Part shown: piece by piece, positions 39,954 to 51,981 of the stretch
How the letters are laid out: the number at the start of each line of letters is the position of its first letter
Position numbering within the stretch: the first letter of the stretch is position 1
NCBI GenBank assembly: GCA_038087875.1
Contig: CM075991.1
Location: 4,278,001-4,342,000 of the forward strand
DNA: 64,000 nucleotides
Reading direction: 5' to 3'
DNA from: Malacoraja senta
Taxonomy: Eukaryota
Notes under the pieces: generated by a model
Told to the model about the DNA's origin: nothing
The model's database searches: none
The model's input: the letters and a program-made list of their open reading frames with translations, nothing else
Position numbers and translations under genes: made by a program

Positions 39954-40139
39954 GGGAGACAAAAGTGCTGGAGAAACTCAGCGGGTGCGGCAGCATCTAT
40001 GGAGTGAAGGAAAAAGGCAATGTTTCGGCCCGAAACATTGCCTTTTTCCTTCGCTCCATAGATGCTGCCGCACCTGCTGAGTTTCTCCAGCACTTTTGTC
40101 TACCTTCGATTTTCCAGCATCTGCAGTTCCTTCTTGAAC
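39954..40139. mobile_element. Palindromic Penelope-derived short insert
   Basis: Inverted arms; aattactgaaacaca at 39939-39953 and 40140-40154. Confidence 0.75.
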
Positions 40140-40202
40140 AATTACTGAAACACAAACTTGTTCAGTAACAATTGCAGCTCATGTTCACAGGATTTAACAG
40201 TG

Positions 40203-40670
40203 AGATTCATTTGCACTTCTTCTAATCTTATGTATTGCAGTTGCTGTTCATGATATGATCTCCTCTACATTGGAGGAACCAATTGCAAATTGTGATTGTG
40301 TAGGAAGGAACTGCAGATGCTGTTTTACACTGAAGATAGACACAAAATGCTGGAGTAACTCAGCGGGTTAGGCAGCATCTCTGGGGATTGCATTGCAGAG
40401 CAGTTGGTGTTCATTATATAATCTTCTCTACATTGGAGGAACCAAATGTAAATGGTGATTGCTGAACAGAGCACCTCTGGTCATTGCACAGGGATGACCT
40501 TGAGCTTTCAGATGCCTTTTGCTTGAATTCTCCATTCCAGTCCTCTCTGCTTTGTTCCAGTGACACCAAGGTAATCCTGAGCAACAGGACCTCATCTTCC
40601 ATCTTCAGCAGTGCTGAACTACTATCTACCTCTTTGATGTCCCTCAATGATGACTTTGCTGGCTTTACCT
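40203..40670 (+). mobile_element. Degenerate Penelope-like GIY-YIG endonuclease coding remnants (two partial copies, one interrupted by a short insert at about 40299-40385)
   Basis: RFICTSSNLMYCSCCS*YDLLYIGGT from 40203; a second LYIGGTK, then EHLWSLHRDDLELSDAFCLNSP and EQQDLIFHL, with stops and frameshifts. Confidence 0.7.
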
Positions 40671-40687
40671 TGCACTAAACATTATTC

Positions 40688-40887
40688 NNNNNNNNNNNNN
40701 NNNNNNNNNNNNNNNNNNNNNNNNNNNNNNNNNNNNNNNNNNNNNNNNNNNNNNNNNNNNNNNNNNNNNNNNNNNNNNNNNNNNNNNNNNNNNNNNNNNN
40801 NNNNNNNNNNNNNNNNNNNNNNNNNNNNNNNNNNNNNNNNNNNNNNNNNNNNNNNNNNNNNNNNNNNNNNNNNNNNNNNNNNNNNNN
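40688..40887. other. Assembly gap (200 N, probably a fixed-size placeholder)
   Basis: Exactly 200 N. Confidence 0.99.
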
Positions 40888-41101
40888 AGTCAATTCAACC
40901 GAGAATTAACTCGAGAGGCGGTAGTGTGGTGGGGTGGGGGTGGGGGGAGGTGTGGTGGGGGATGGTGGGGGGTTAGAATCTAAGGATAAGCACATCCAAG
41001 GGCGGATGGCCAGTCGCTGCCTGGACAAAGGGGGTAGATAGATATCCGCAGGGTGCGCAACAGGTTGCCCGCTGTGTTCGCCCCCTCGCCCGGCTCGCTA
41101 C

Positions 41102-42155
41102 CTGATAGTTGCCCACGTCAGAGTTGTGGCGGTCCTCGATGTCAGTGAGCTGCCTCTCCAGGGAATCCTTGGTGCTCCTCGCCGACTCCAGCTCGATGGC
41201 TCTTGGACTGCAGTTGGCGCCGGTACTCGCCCATCTCATCGCGGGACACGCGGATGGCGTCCTTGTTCATCTCGGCCGCCTCGTTGAGCTTGACGTAGCG
41301 GCACTTGAACCACTCCTCGGCCTGCTGCATGTTCCTGGTCGAGTGGCACTCGAGCTGCGAGCGGATGTCCCTCAGTGCCGAGGTGATGTCGGTCTTGAGG
41401 AAGTCCTTCTTCTCCACCGTCACCTGGGACCCCTGGATCTGGGCGAAGAGGTCGCCCACCTCCTCCTCGTGGTTGCCCCGCAGGAAGGCCACCTCGTCCT
41501 GCAGGGACTGAGCCTTCTTCTCCATCTCCACCCTCATCATCGACGAGTCGGCCGTCTCCTTCTTCAGCCCGCGGATGGTGGCCTCCGTGTCGTCCCGCAG
41601 GCGCGCCTCCTCGTCGAAGCGGTCCTTGAGGCGGTGCAGATCATCATCCAAGTGCCCCGAGTCCAACTGGATCTGGGCTTTCTCTTGGTTCACCTGCTCG
41701 ACCAGCGACCTCATTTCGCGGATCTCCTGGTCGTACACATCGCCGAGCTGCGAGTGCGACACTTGCTTCTGGCGGTGAGCTTGGATCTCGGCTTCCAGCT
41801 CCTTGTTCTGCTGTTCCAGGTAGTGCACCTTATCGATGTAGCCGGCGAACCTGTCGTTGAGTCCCTGCAGGAGCTCTTTCTCATTGCTGCGGATGGCTTT
41901 GTAATCTCCGTTCAGGGCGCTGCCCTGGCTGTAGTCGAGGCTGTCGGAGGAGCTGTAAGCCCGGGGAGCGTGGACGCTGGCGATGCGGCGGTAGGAGGAA
42001 GACGAGGTGGTGACCGCCGGGGTCGGGCTAACCCGGGACCAGGACTGAGATCGGAAACCGCTGGAGGGCGAGGCGCTGACGCGGCTGCCCAGGCTCCTGG
42101 TCTCCACTCTCCGGTAGGAGGGCGGGTTGCCGACCGTCTCCAGGATGTAGCTCAT
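41102..42155 (-). CDS. NEFM: Neurofilament medium polypeptide (NF-M), exon 1 only, with an apparent +1 frameshift at 41198/41199; downstream exons not in the visible sequence
   Basis: [17 protein letters not shown]...[13 protein letters not shown] head; [38 protein letters not shown]. It continues in a second frame as [32 protein letters not shown], followed by donor CAG|gtagcg at 41101. Confidence 0.95.
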
Positions 42156-42215
42156 CTTGAGAAGTGGCTGCGAGTGGAGCTGTTCACAATGAGGACTCGG
42201 TGTGGCCGCGCCTGC

Positions 42216-42224
42216 TTTTATATA
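42216..42224 (-). promoter_or_regulatory. NEFM TATA box (TATATAAAA)
   Basis: Lies about 60 nt upstream of the NEFM ATG within a CpG-rich region. Confidence 0.8.
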
Positions 42225-43905
42225 CCCCGGCGATAATCGCTAAGCAGGCAAGAAAGGGCTGCTCATTGATCTGCCGGGGATCAGAGAGGGGAGGGCTCCT
42301 CTCTCGCTCCCTCCTCCCACCAGGACGCTCCACGTGTGTTGGGCGGCAGCCAAGAAAGAACGGCCGCTTTCCGCCCGGCCCGGCGTTAAAATCTCACATA
42401 AACCCCAATTAATAAGGGTGTGAAATTAATTTAAAATACATTCCCACTGGGCTGGACCGACCTCCCGCAGTAGGAGACGGGGCTGTCGATATTTTATCTC
42501 GTTTAAGGTAAGCAAGTGCAACATCAATGAAAATCCCATCTCATTAACGCCCTGCGACAGGTTGAATCTTGTAAACAGCCCCATAAATATAACCGGGGGT
42601 GGGGAGGCGAACCGCGCAAAATGAACTTCATATTACACTCTTTATAACATTTCATGTGTTTACGGGGTGATGGACTCAATTCTATTCTCCGCGTCGCCCG
42701 GCAACTGATATTTAAGAACAAAAATTGCAGGTCCCGTCTCGGAATAACTGGCGTAAAAATGCTATGCAGTTACAATGAAAATCCCGTTGGAAGTTCAGAT
42801 GGGACCCGTGTCCGCAATTGGATGTCGGACAGTTCGTTCGTTGAAGGTTAAATTGAACAGATTTGTCACTGGGCGAATTGGGGGTCCGGGAATCGAACCC
42901 AAAACGAACTGGATTTGTGGGGAGCGAAGGGCGGGGTCAGTGGGGTGAGTTTTTACTGAATTGCGTAATAGGTGTGTGGGAAAATATACCCCAGATAGGG
43001 ATTGTCTAAAACTATCTCCTCCTCCCCTCCATCTCAACCCCCCCCCCCCCCCCGCCCCCAAACTCCCCAATAGCGAGAACTTCAAACAATAGTTGCAGGA
43101 CCGTAATCGGTCCTTCTTCGCATCTCCAGAAAGCGCATGGTCCCGGGAGTGGGGGGTGGGAGAGGGGCGAGGATTGGGAGTTTGGGCGGCGAACCTGTGC
43201 CTGTGAGTGTGTATGTCTGCGCCGAGGACCAGCGTCCGCTGACGCACAGCGGGAGGTGGACAAAATGGCCTTGATGCATCAACAGCAAGGTGGGGCACTC
43301 TTCTAATCTCATCTGGCTTCAGTGTCTCCGTCCCGTCCCCCGCCCCCTCACCATCGTCTCTTCCCCACTCCCTGCCTCCCAAGGTCTGTGCTTTGATCTG
43401 ACAGGGTCCATGCTGAACCGCGACATTATCTTTAATCACATTCAAGTACTCGGATAAAGTACTGAAGGGGACACACAGGCCGATTGGAAGCCCTCTCCGT
43501 CTTTCCCAGCAGACCTGCGATTCCTCGCCCCTCCCCGACCCCCCTCCCCCTTCGCCCATCCCCCTCCCCCTTCGCCCGTGCTTGTGAGACGGCGATAAAT
43601 CGCCACGGATCGTTATTGCCTTTTCTTCTGCTGTCGCCTTCGAGTTGGTTCATTGCAAATCTCAGGGTGTGGCGATGGGGGGGGGGGGGGGGGAGGGGGA
43701 TCAATATCTGTTGCAATGCAGGGGAGAAGGAAGGTGATAAAACGCCTCAATGCAAACGCACACGCACACACACACACACTGCAGTCAAAATCATTCGCCT
43801 TTAACCTGGGGCTCAGTGGGACGGCGAGGCAGAAAACATCCCCATTACCCGTCAACAAGGAGCCCGATGCGGCTCACCTGCCCACCCCCCCCCCCCCGGG
43901 CTGGC

Positions 43906-43915
43906 TGTGTGTGTG

Positions 43916-43947
<32 letters not shown>

Positions 43948-44227
43948 TGTGTCTCTCTCTCTCTCTGAGTCTCTTTGTCTTTCTCCCCCTCTCTCCCTCT
44001 CTGTATCTCTCTCTGTCTCTCTCTGTCTCTCTGTGTCTCTGTCTCTCTATCTCTCTCTGTCCCTCTCTGTCTCTCTCTGTCTCTCTCTGTCTCTCTCTCA
44101 CTGTCTCTCTCTCTGTCTCTCTCTCTCTCTCTGTGTCTCTGTGTGTGTGTGTGTCTCTCTCTCTCTCTCTCTGTCTGTCTCTCTCTGTCTCTCTCTCTCT
44201 GTCTGTCTCTCTCCATCTCTCTCTCTG

Positions 44228-44280
<53 letters not shown>

Positions 44281-44292
44281 CCCCCCCCCCCC
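43906..44292. repeat. (TC)n/(TCTG)n polypyrimidine microsatellite
   Basis: Seen directly. Confidence 0.98.
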
Positions 44293-45214
44293 CGTGCCCC
44301 CCACGCAGAACATGAGAGCTGGTCCACTTAGGGTGGGGGAGATTGGTGCAACACGCGGGCGCAATGGGTCAGTGCTATGGGAACTCGATTCCCGGGATAT
44401 GGGCGTTCTAACGGGAGAGAGCACTGAGCTGGCAAGTGTGAGGTGACCTTGTGAAGCGTGTACGGGACTGGTCTGAGATGGGCCTGGAGGGGTAGATGGG
44501 CAGAACATTGTCCTTGCGGCTGACAGCGCTGGGGTCAAGTGGCATGTCCCGGGAATTTAGGATTGATTTTAGGAAGAATTCCATTATGGAGAGGCGAACA
44601 TGAATAGTTGTGATTCCTTAACTCAGACGGTCGGGGATCCTTGAGACATCAGTCTTATTGTAAGTCACGGGACACGCGGCCGATTCCTACTTTTATATCT
44701 TCCCCGGGATAATAAGTGATGATAAGAACTCCGGTTGTTTGTGTGGCATCACAAGGTGCTCACTGTTTAAACATGGCATGGTAGCGAGCCGGGATCTGAC
44801 TGTCAGATATGTGGGGGAAATACTCCTCAAAAGGTATCGAAGTGCGCTTGAATGAATCTTAACAGCAGCGAAAAGCACGTTTTCCCTCTTTTTATAAACT
44901 TTTGAAGAAGCACTTTTCTTTGCAGACCCCTTAATCAAATCCAATTTCCAGTCGGAGATATAAAGACGCTCTAATCCCACTTTGAAAGCAGAAAATGCTC
45001 GCACTTTAAGCCAGGGTCGGATGCAAACGTTGCCTGAGTTTGAGGTTTGCACTGGTTTTGTGGGAAGTGGAATTCCGCACCGTGGCATATGCCAGCGACA
45101 GGGAACAGTCCAGACCCACCATCCCATCCCCCTCAGAGTCACCTTCTCTCCACCCCCCCCCCCCCCCCGCCCCTCCTTCCAGCTTCCCATCCACGGTTGT
45201 AAGGAAATACAACG

Positions 45215-45838
45215 CAGGGCTGCAGGGGCGTGTGGTGCAAAGATACACGGCGCAGGGCTGCAGGGAAGAATGGTGCAAGGTGATATGGTGCAGAGCTGCG
45301 GGGAGATATGTTGCAGGGGTGTATGGTGCAGGAGTATTTGGTGCAGGGGTGCAGGAATGCATTGGTGCAGGGATATAGGATGCAGGTGTGCAGGAATATA
45401 TGGTGCAAGGACATAGGATACAGGAGTGCAGGGATATATGGTGCAGAACTGCAGGGATGTATGGAGCAGGAAATATAGACACAAAATGCTGGAGTAACTC
45501 AGCGGGACAGGCAGCATCTCTGGAGAGAAGGAATGGGTGACGTTTCTGGTCAAGACCCTTCTTCAGACTGCGTGTCTGAAGTCCAAAGCTCTTTAATGCC
45601 CTTTGGTGCAGGGAGTTGTGGTGCACGATGCAGTGATGCAGGGGGTTTACAGTGCAGGGATAAATAATGCAGGAGTGCAGGGAGGTATGGTGCAGGGGTG
45701 CAGAGCTGTATGCCACACAGATGCACCGCAGTATGGTGCAGTGATTCAGGGATGTGGTGATGAATGGTGCAGTGCTGCAAGGGTGTATGCCACAGGGCTG
45801 CAGAGCTGCACGGTGCAAGGATGCAGGGAAATACAGGG
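45215..45838. repeat. Degenerate GGTGCAGG/TGCAG minisatellite, interrupted by a Penelope-derived insert at about 45472-45580
   Basis: Dozens of tgcag-cored units of about 8-20 nt. Confidence 0.85.
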
Positions 45839-46564
45839 ACCCTTCTGCCATGGAACAAAATCTCTACTATCCATCCTCTCTTCACATACACCTGACTCCA
45901 TCTATACTCCACACACTCATTTCACCACTGCCATCGGGAAGAAGATACAGGAGCCTGAAAACTGTAACGTCCAGGTTCAGGAACAGCTTCTTCCCTACAG
46001 CCATCAGGCTATTAAACACTGGTCAAAAGCTAATGCGTTTGCTTAACCATGTCAATCTATATCTTTAATGGCCATTGTGTGATTTTTGGATCCATTTCTC
46101 TTCTGGAGATAGGATGGACAATATATTCCCAGGATCTTCCACAAACTTTCAATGGGATCATTGATTTCAGTGGTTGTTTGAGGGATTAACATTATCCCAG
46201 GACATCTACTAGAATCCATCCTATGATTCTTTGAATAGTTCCGTGAGATTTTTAAATTCCCATCTGCAGCAGGCAGGGACCTGAGAAGCTTTTACAGATA
46301 CAGCGTGAAAGTGAGCGCTTTTGGCCCACTATGTTTGCGCCAACCAGCGATCAGCCCCTACACTAGCTAGCACTATCAGGGACAATTTACAGAAGCCAAT
46401 TAACCTTCAAACATGCACGTCTTTGGAGTGTGTGAAGAAACCGGAGCACCCGGACAAAACCGTCACAGGGAGGACGTCCAAACTCTGTACAGACAGCACC
46501 CGTAGTGAGGATCGAACCTGGCTCTCTGGTGCTGTGAGGCAGCGCCTCTGTGCCACTATGCTGC

Positions 46565-46860
46565 CGCTGAAAGACAGTACTTCTGACATTGTGGACTTTT
46601 TTCCAGCAATGTACTGGGTTTATCAGCAGAAGTGTCCCTTGAGTGAGGCATTAGCTGTCGCCCCGTCTGCGCTCCCAGACTGGTGTAAGAAATCCGATTC
46701 TTCTATTTCAAAGAAGGGCAGAGGAGTTCATCCCTCTGTAAAATCTCGCTGACTAGTTAACTAAAGGTGATTGTCTGATATTATCACATTACCACCTGTG
46801 GGAGCTTATTGTGTACAAACTAGCGGCTACAATTCACACTGAACTGTGTTTCTACATTTC
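46565..46860 (+). mobile_element. Old Deu-SINE (SacSINE1/AmnSINE1-like) fragment. Similar fragments at about 6205-6325, 31124-31370, 46085-46285 and 50720-51040
   Basis: ccccgtctgc...aagaagggcagaggagttc...attatcacatt...gtgggagcttattgtgtacaaact resembles the Deu-domain/tail consensus as recalled; strongly diverged. Confidence 0.55.
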
Positions 46861-47635
46861 CTCACGACATAGACGGAGGCCGTTCAGCCCATCGAGTCTG
46901 TGTTCACTCACAAAGCAAATGTTTTCTTCCACTAATTTCCCCTGTCTCCTTCCATTCCCATCAACTCGGCTCAGCATCGGGTGGTGCTGCTGCCTCGCAG
47001 CGCCAGTGGCCCAGGCTCGATCTAGACCTCAGCTGCTGTCTGTGTGGAGTTTGCAAGTTCTCCCTGTGTCCACATGGGTTTCTTCCTGGTGCTCCGGTTT
47101 CCTCTCACATCCCAAAGACATGCGGGTTTGTAAGATGATTAACCACTGTTCATTTCTGCTACTCTGTAGATAGTGGATGCAAAGTGGGATAACATAGAAC
47201 TAGCGTGAATGGTCGACATGGACTTGGTGGGCCGAAGGACCTGTATCCATGCCGCATCTTTCAATCAGTCAATTAAACTCCCCATCCCCGATTCCACCGC
47301 TCACCTGCACACTACTGGCAATTTAGAATGTCAAGTTAACCTACCAACCTGTAATAAAATTGAACTGCAGATTCTGGTTTGTACCAAGGATAGACACAAA
47401 ATGCTGGAGTTACTCAGCGGGCCAGGCAGAATCTGTGGAGAAAACACCTCGTGGGGAAGTGGGAAGAAACAAGTTGACCCGATGAAAACCCAAGTGGTCG
47501 CAGGAAGAACGTGCAGACTCCACGGAAACAGCACCGGAGGTTAGGATGGGGCCGGGGTCACCGGCGCGGTGAGGCAGCGGCTCCACTAGGTGCGCCACTT
47601 GTTGTTGTTATGCAGGAAACAACATGGCCAACTAC

Positions 47636-47901
47636 TTTTTTTTCTACAGTATCATATTCCGTTCCATTTTCACCTTGCTGGTTTGTCGTGTTGTGGAAAC
47701 ACGACAAACCAGACTGTGAGTCCATTATACTGCCCTGTGGTCAGGTTCAAAAACATCATGAAGCTCCGGTTTCAGATCCCACCCCTGAGAGAAGAATGAT
47801 GGCAGCGAGTCTTCGCTGGCAGGTCTGCCTTTGCATACTAATGCCTGTTTGACAACCAGCAAGGTGAAAATGGAACGGAATATGATACTGTAGAAAAAAA
47901 A
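47636..47901. repeat. Perfect 48-bp inverted repeat (47636-47683 / 47854-47901) with a 170-bp spacer
   Basis: ttttttttctacagtatcatattccgttccattttcaccttgctggtt and its exact reverse complement. Confidence 0.95.
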
Positions 47902-48546
47902 TAGTCAGCAAGCTCGCAGTCCCAACACGGCACAACTGCTCAAAGGGGAATATTGTCATCAAACCAAGACACCATCCTGAAGCACACGACTTTAATATCA
48001 ACAAGTTAAACCACGTTCATAATTAACTATAATGCTGATTTGAATAACAGGAATAGATGTCACTTGTGGTAATTTCTTGAAGCAGAAGTCATACATAAAT
48101 CGATTTGAATTAATAGAATATGCAGGTTTGATTCAAAATGAATTGAATGTCTTTCTAAAGGGGAGGAAGATGTTGACATTAGTGAATTATTGTAACTGTA
48201 GAATTGCATTAACTGCTCTCTATCACACCCGTATGTTCAGTTTGCAGATGCCCTGGTAGATTATGTGGAGGTTTGTTCATTTGAGAGTAAACTATTCAAA
48301 AGATTAAAATACTAACATCCCAAAAGAATTTGCATTTAACATTCTTTTTTATGAGCTGTAAGATCTTAAGAGCAAACATGTTGCATTTTGATCAATTGTA
48401 ACTATCTGTTTAAGAAGGAACTGCAGATGCTGGAAAATCGAAGGTAGACAAAAGTGCTGGAGAAACTCAGCGGGTGCAGCAGCATCTATGGAGCGAAGGA
48501 AATAGGCAACGTTTCGGGCCGAAACACTTCTTCAGACTATCTATTT

Positions 48547-48870
48547 GGGCAGCATGGTGGCACAGCGGGTAGAACTGCTGCCTTACAGCACCAGGGACCA
48601 GGGTTCGATCCTGACTACGGGTGCTGTCTGTACGGTGTTTGTATGTTCTCTCTGTGACCGCATGGGTTTCCCTCTGGTGCTCCGGTTTCCCTCCACATCC
48701 TGAAGACGTGCGGGTTTGTAGGTGAACTGGCCACTGTAACGTGCGCCTAGTGTGTAGGGATTGGATGGGAACGTGGGGAAAACATAGAACTAGTGTGAAC
48801 AGGTGTTCGGTAGTTGGTGTGGATTCGGTGGGCTGAAGAACCTGTTTCCATGCTGTATCTCCAAATCAAG
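48547..48870 (+). mobile_element. HE1-type V-SINE
   Basis: Same consensus. Confidence 0.8.
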
Positions 48871-50071
48871 CTAAAATCTTACAGCGCAGACATGGGTTCC
48901 TGTTGGCTCAACTCATGCATCTCATTGTGTCCACACTAATCTCATTTGCCTGCATTAGACCACTGTCCCACCACTCCTTTCCTATCCAAATACCTGTCTC
49001 AACACCAGTTGAACATTGTAATTGTACTTGCCTCCACCCTCTGCTCGGGCAGCTTGATCCAGATATTCACCACCCTTTGCGGGAAAATCCTAAACCCTCA
49101 CATCTCCTCTAAATTGCCCCCCACCCCCTCTTAAACCTGTGTCCTCTAGTTCCAGATTTCTCTCCCCTGGGAAAGAGAGCTCGACCATTTCTTCTATCTA
49201 TTCCTCTCTTAATTTTATAAACCTCTATTAGGTGAATGGTATTGAATTGATTACTTTATTGTCACATGTGACATGTCACAATGAAATTTGTTGCTTGCAT
49301 ACCCAAGGTATACAAATAGTTGCCACTAAAGGGTGCTTGCAAAGTTACAAAGTACCCACACGGCAGGTCCCCCTTTGTTCTCCCCCTCCCCCTCCTCATG
49401 GCGGTTCCCCCACGCCGGGTCCTCCTTTGTTCCTTCCCACGGCAGCGGTGTCCTCACTTCCGCGTGTCTGTCCTCTTCCGTCGGACGGCGCCATCATTGA
49501 CCGCCGCACCGGCCTCTCCTGTATCGCCGCTGGGTGCTCCGTCAACTCAGGGCCGTTGCCCGTGGGCTTAGCCGACTAGCTCCGGCCCGCGAGGCTGTGA
49601 CCCGCGAGACCCCTCACTCTCATAGGTTCCCGTGAGAATAAACCAGGCCTATCTAATCTCTCCTCATAATTACATCCCTCCATTACAGACAGCATCTTGG
49701 TGAATCTCTTCTGCACCTTCTGTGGTGCTACCACATACGTCCCGTAGTGTAACAACAGTCTGCAAGATTACTGACATCTCCATCAATGTGTGCCTGAAGG
49801 TTGGAGTCATAGAATCATACAGTATGGAAACAGGTCCTTCAGCCCAACTTACTCATGCTGACCAAGATACATCTTCACCAGACCTATCTACCCCCATATC
49901 CCTCTGAACCTTTCCCATCCATTTTGCTGTCCAATTGCCCTTTGTTGCTCTAATACCATGCCCACTATCTCCTCTGGCAGTTCGTTCCATATACTCACCA
50001 CCCTCCGTGTGAAAAAGTTGTCCCTCAGGTTCCTATTAAATCTTTCCCCTCTCACCTTACACCTATGTCTT

Positions 50072-50440
50072 TGGTTTAGTTTTAGATTTAGAGATACAGC
50101 GGGGAGACTGGCACTTCGGCCCACTCAGTCCGTGCCGACCAGCGATCCCCGGACATTAACACTATCCTGCACACTAGGGACAATATACAATCTTTACAGA
50201 AGCCAAATAACCAACAAACCTGGATGTCTTTGGTGGGTGGGAGGAAACCAGAGCACATTGTGAATACCCACACCATCACGGGGAGAGCGTGCAAACTCCG
50301 TATAGAGAGCACCCAGTGAATACCCGCACCATCACGGGGAGAGTGTGCAAACTCCGTACAGAGAGCACCCGTAGTCAGTATTGAACCTGGGTCTCTGGTA
50401 TTGTAAGGCAGCAACTCTAGCGCTGCACCACCGTGCCGCT
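50072..50440 (-). mobile_element. HE1-type V-SINE with an internal tandem duplication of about 56 bp (about 50260-50370)
   Basis: gtgaataccc.caccatcacggggagag.gtgcaaactccgta.agagagcaccc occurs twice. Confidence 0.8.
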
Positions 50441-51981
50441 CCCTAAATGGGGTTCATAATTCCCCTACACTGGGTACAAGCATATTCACCCCATCATGAT
50501 CTTATACACCTCTGTAAGGTCACCCCTCATCCTCCTGTGCTTCAAGGAATTAAGTCCTAAGCTTGCTGGCGTCAGATGAACAAAGAGACTAAATAATTCA
50601 TTAACCCCTTCATATAGTTCCTCTGAGCTGGAAAAAAACCGGCTGATGAACCAATTGGTGACTCAGCATCTAGAAGGAAAGGCCCTTCCATTTATTTAGC
50701 ACCTGGCTTTCATGACTCTTGAATGTCCCGAAGCACTTTGCTGCCAATTACCTCGAAAGCACAGTTACTAATGCAGGAAATGTGGCAGGCAATTTACACA
50801 CCGTGAGGTCCCCTGAGATATTGATTACTGATATTAATCTGTTGTCAGAGGATAGACAACAGAACACCAAAGAAAATCACCTCCCTCCCCTCCCCTCCAC
50901 TTCTCTTCAGTGGGATCCTCAAGGTCCACTGGAGAAGGGCAAGCAAGGCTTTGGTTCAATCTGGTCTGCAACAGAGCAGGCTCAATAATGCAGCATTCAC
51001 TCAGTGGTGCTCTGGGCAGTCACGCTGGATTGAGCAGTGGGGTGTCAGGCCTGTTGCCATGCTCTATTGCTAAACTAAATTATGCTACAACACAAAGTGC
51101 TGGAGTTACTCAGAGGGCCAGGCAGCATCAGAAGAAAGGTCTCGTCCCAAAACGTCACCTATTCCTTTTCTCCAGAGATGCTGTCTGGCCCGCTTATTTA
51201 CTCCAGCTTTTTGTGTCTAGCATCTGTGGAGGGAATGGACAGGCGATGTTTCGGGTCAGGACTACTCGTCATTCCCCTCCACAGATGTACCTGGTCACAG
51301 GAGCGCAGCTGAAACCTTGAAAAACGCAGAAAAGTTTGCTCAGTAATTAGGCTATGGTTGACTGGTTCGAGTTCTCCACTGGGAACAATATCCTGTATCT
51401 ATTACAGGGATGTTTTTGTCAATTAGCTAACATTACTGTGCGTGTGGATGAGTACCCACATGGCCCTGTCAGGAGTGCTGCACATTACAGGGCAGTATAA
51501 TTGGCTCTGGTTTCTCCCCAGGCAACTTGTGTAGATGTGACGGTTAAACTGAACTGTTGCTGAGAGAGAGTGCATGAAACAAACAAAACTGATGCTGTTT
51601 TGCTACTGTTACCAAATGCTGAACGAGATAGAGCAGCTGTGTGGGAGGGCACAAGGACATTGAAACCATCAGAGCATAAGGCAAAGGAGCAGCAATTGGC
51701 CATTTGGCATATTGAGTCTACCCTGCAGTTTGATCATGGCTCATCCCTTCCATTGACTCCATCTACACTTCATACTGCCTCAGCAAGGCCACCAGCATAG
51801 ACAAGGACGAGTCTCAACCTCGACACACCCTCTCTTCTCCTCTCCCATTAGGCAAGAGGCACAGAAGTGTGAAAACACACACCTCCAGATTAGCTGTCAA
51901 AACTGCCCCAAGAGTTGGTAAGTTGAACTGCTTGGTAACACTGCAGTAAGATTGCGGTTGGCCATTCATGTTGATCGTTGA

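Larger units (their letters stand above)
40900..43900. promoter_or_regulatory. CpG/GC-rich island over NEFM exon 1 and upstream region
   Basis: High CpG density by eye and no young retroelements; boundaries approximate. Confidence 0.6.

Noticed and set aside
41102..42155. NEFM as a pseudogene
   Set aside because: It has a single indel near a contig end, an intact promoter and donor and strong conservation, so an assembly error and the gap explain the defects better
41109..42236. 375-aa plus-strand ORF
   Set aside because: Antisense shadow of NEFM exon 1
44693..46046. ORFs of 280+ aa rich in Cys, His and Pro
   Set aside because: Translations of a degenerate TGCAG minisatellite plus repeat inserts
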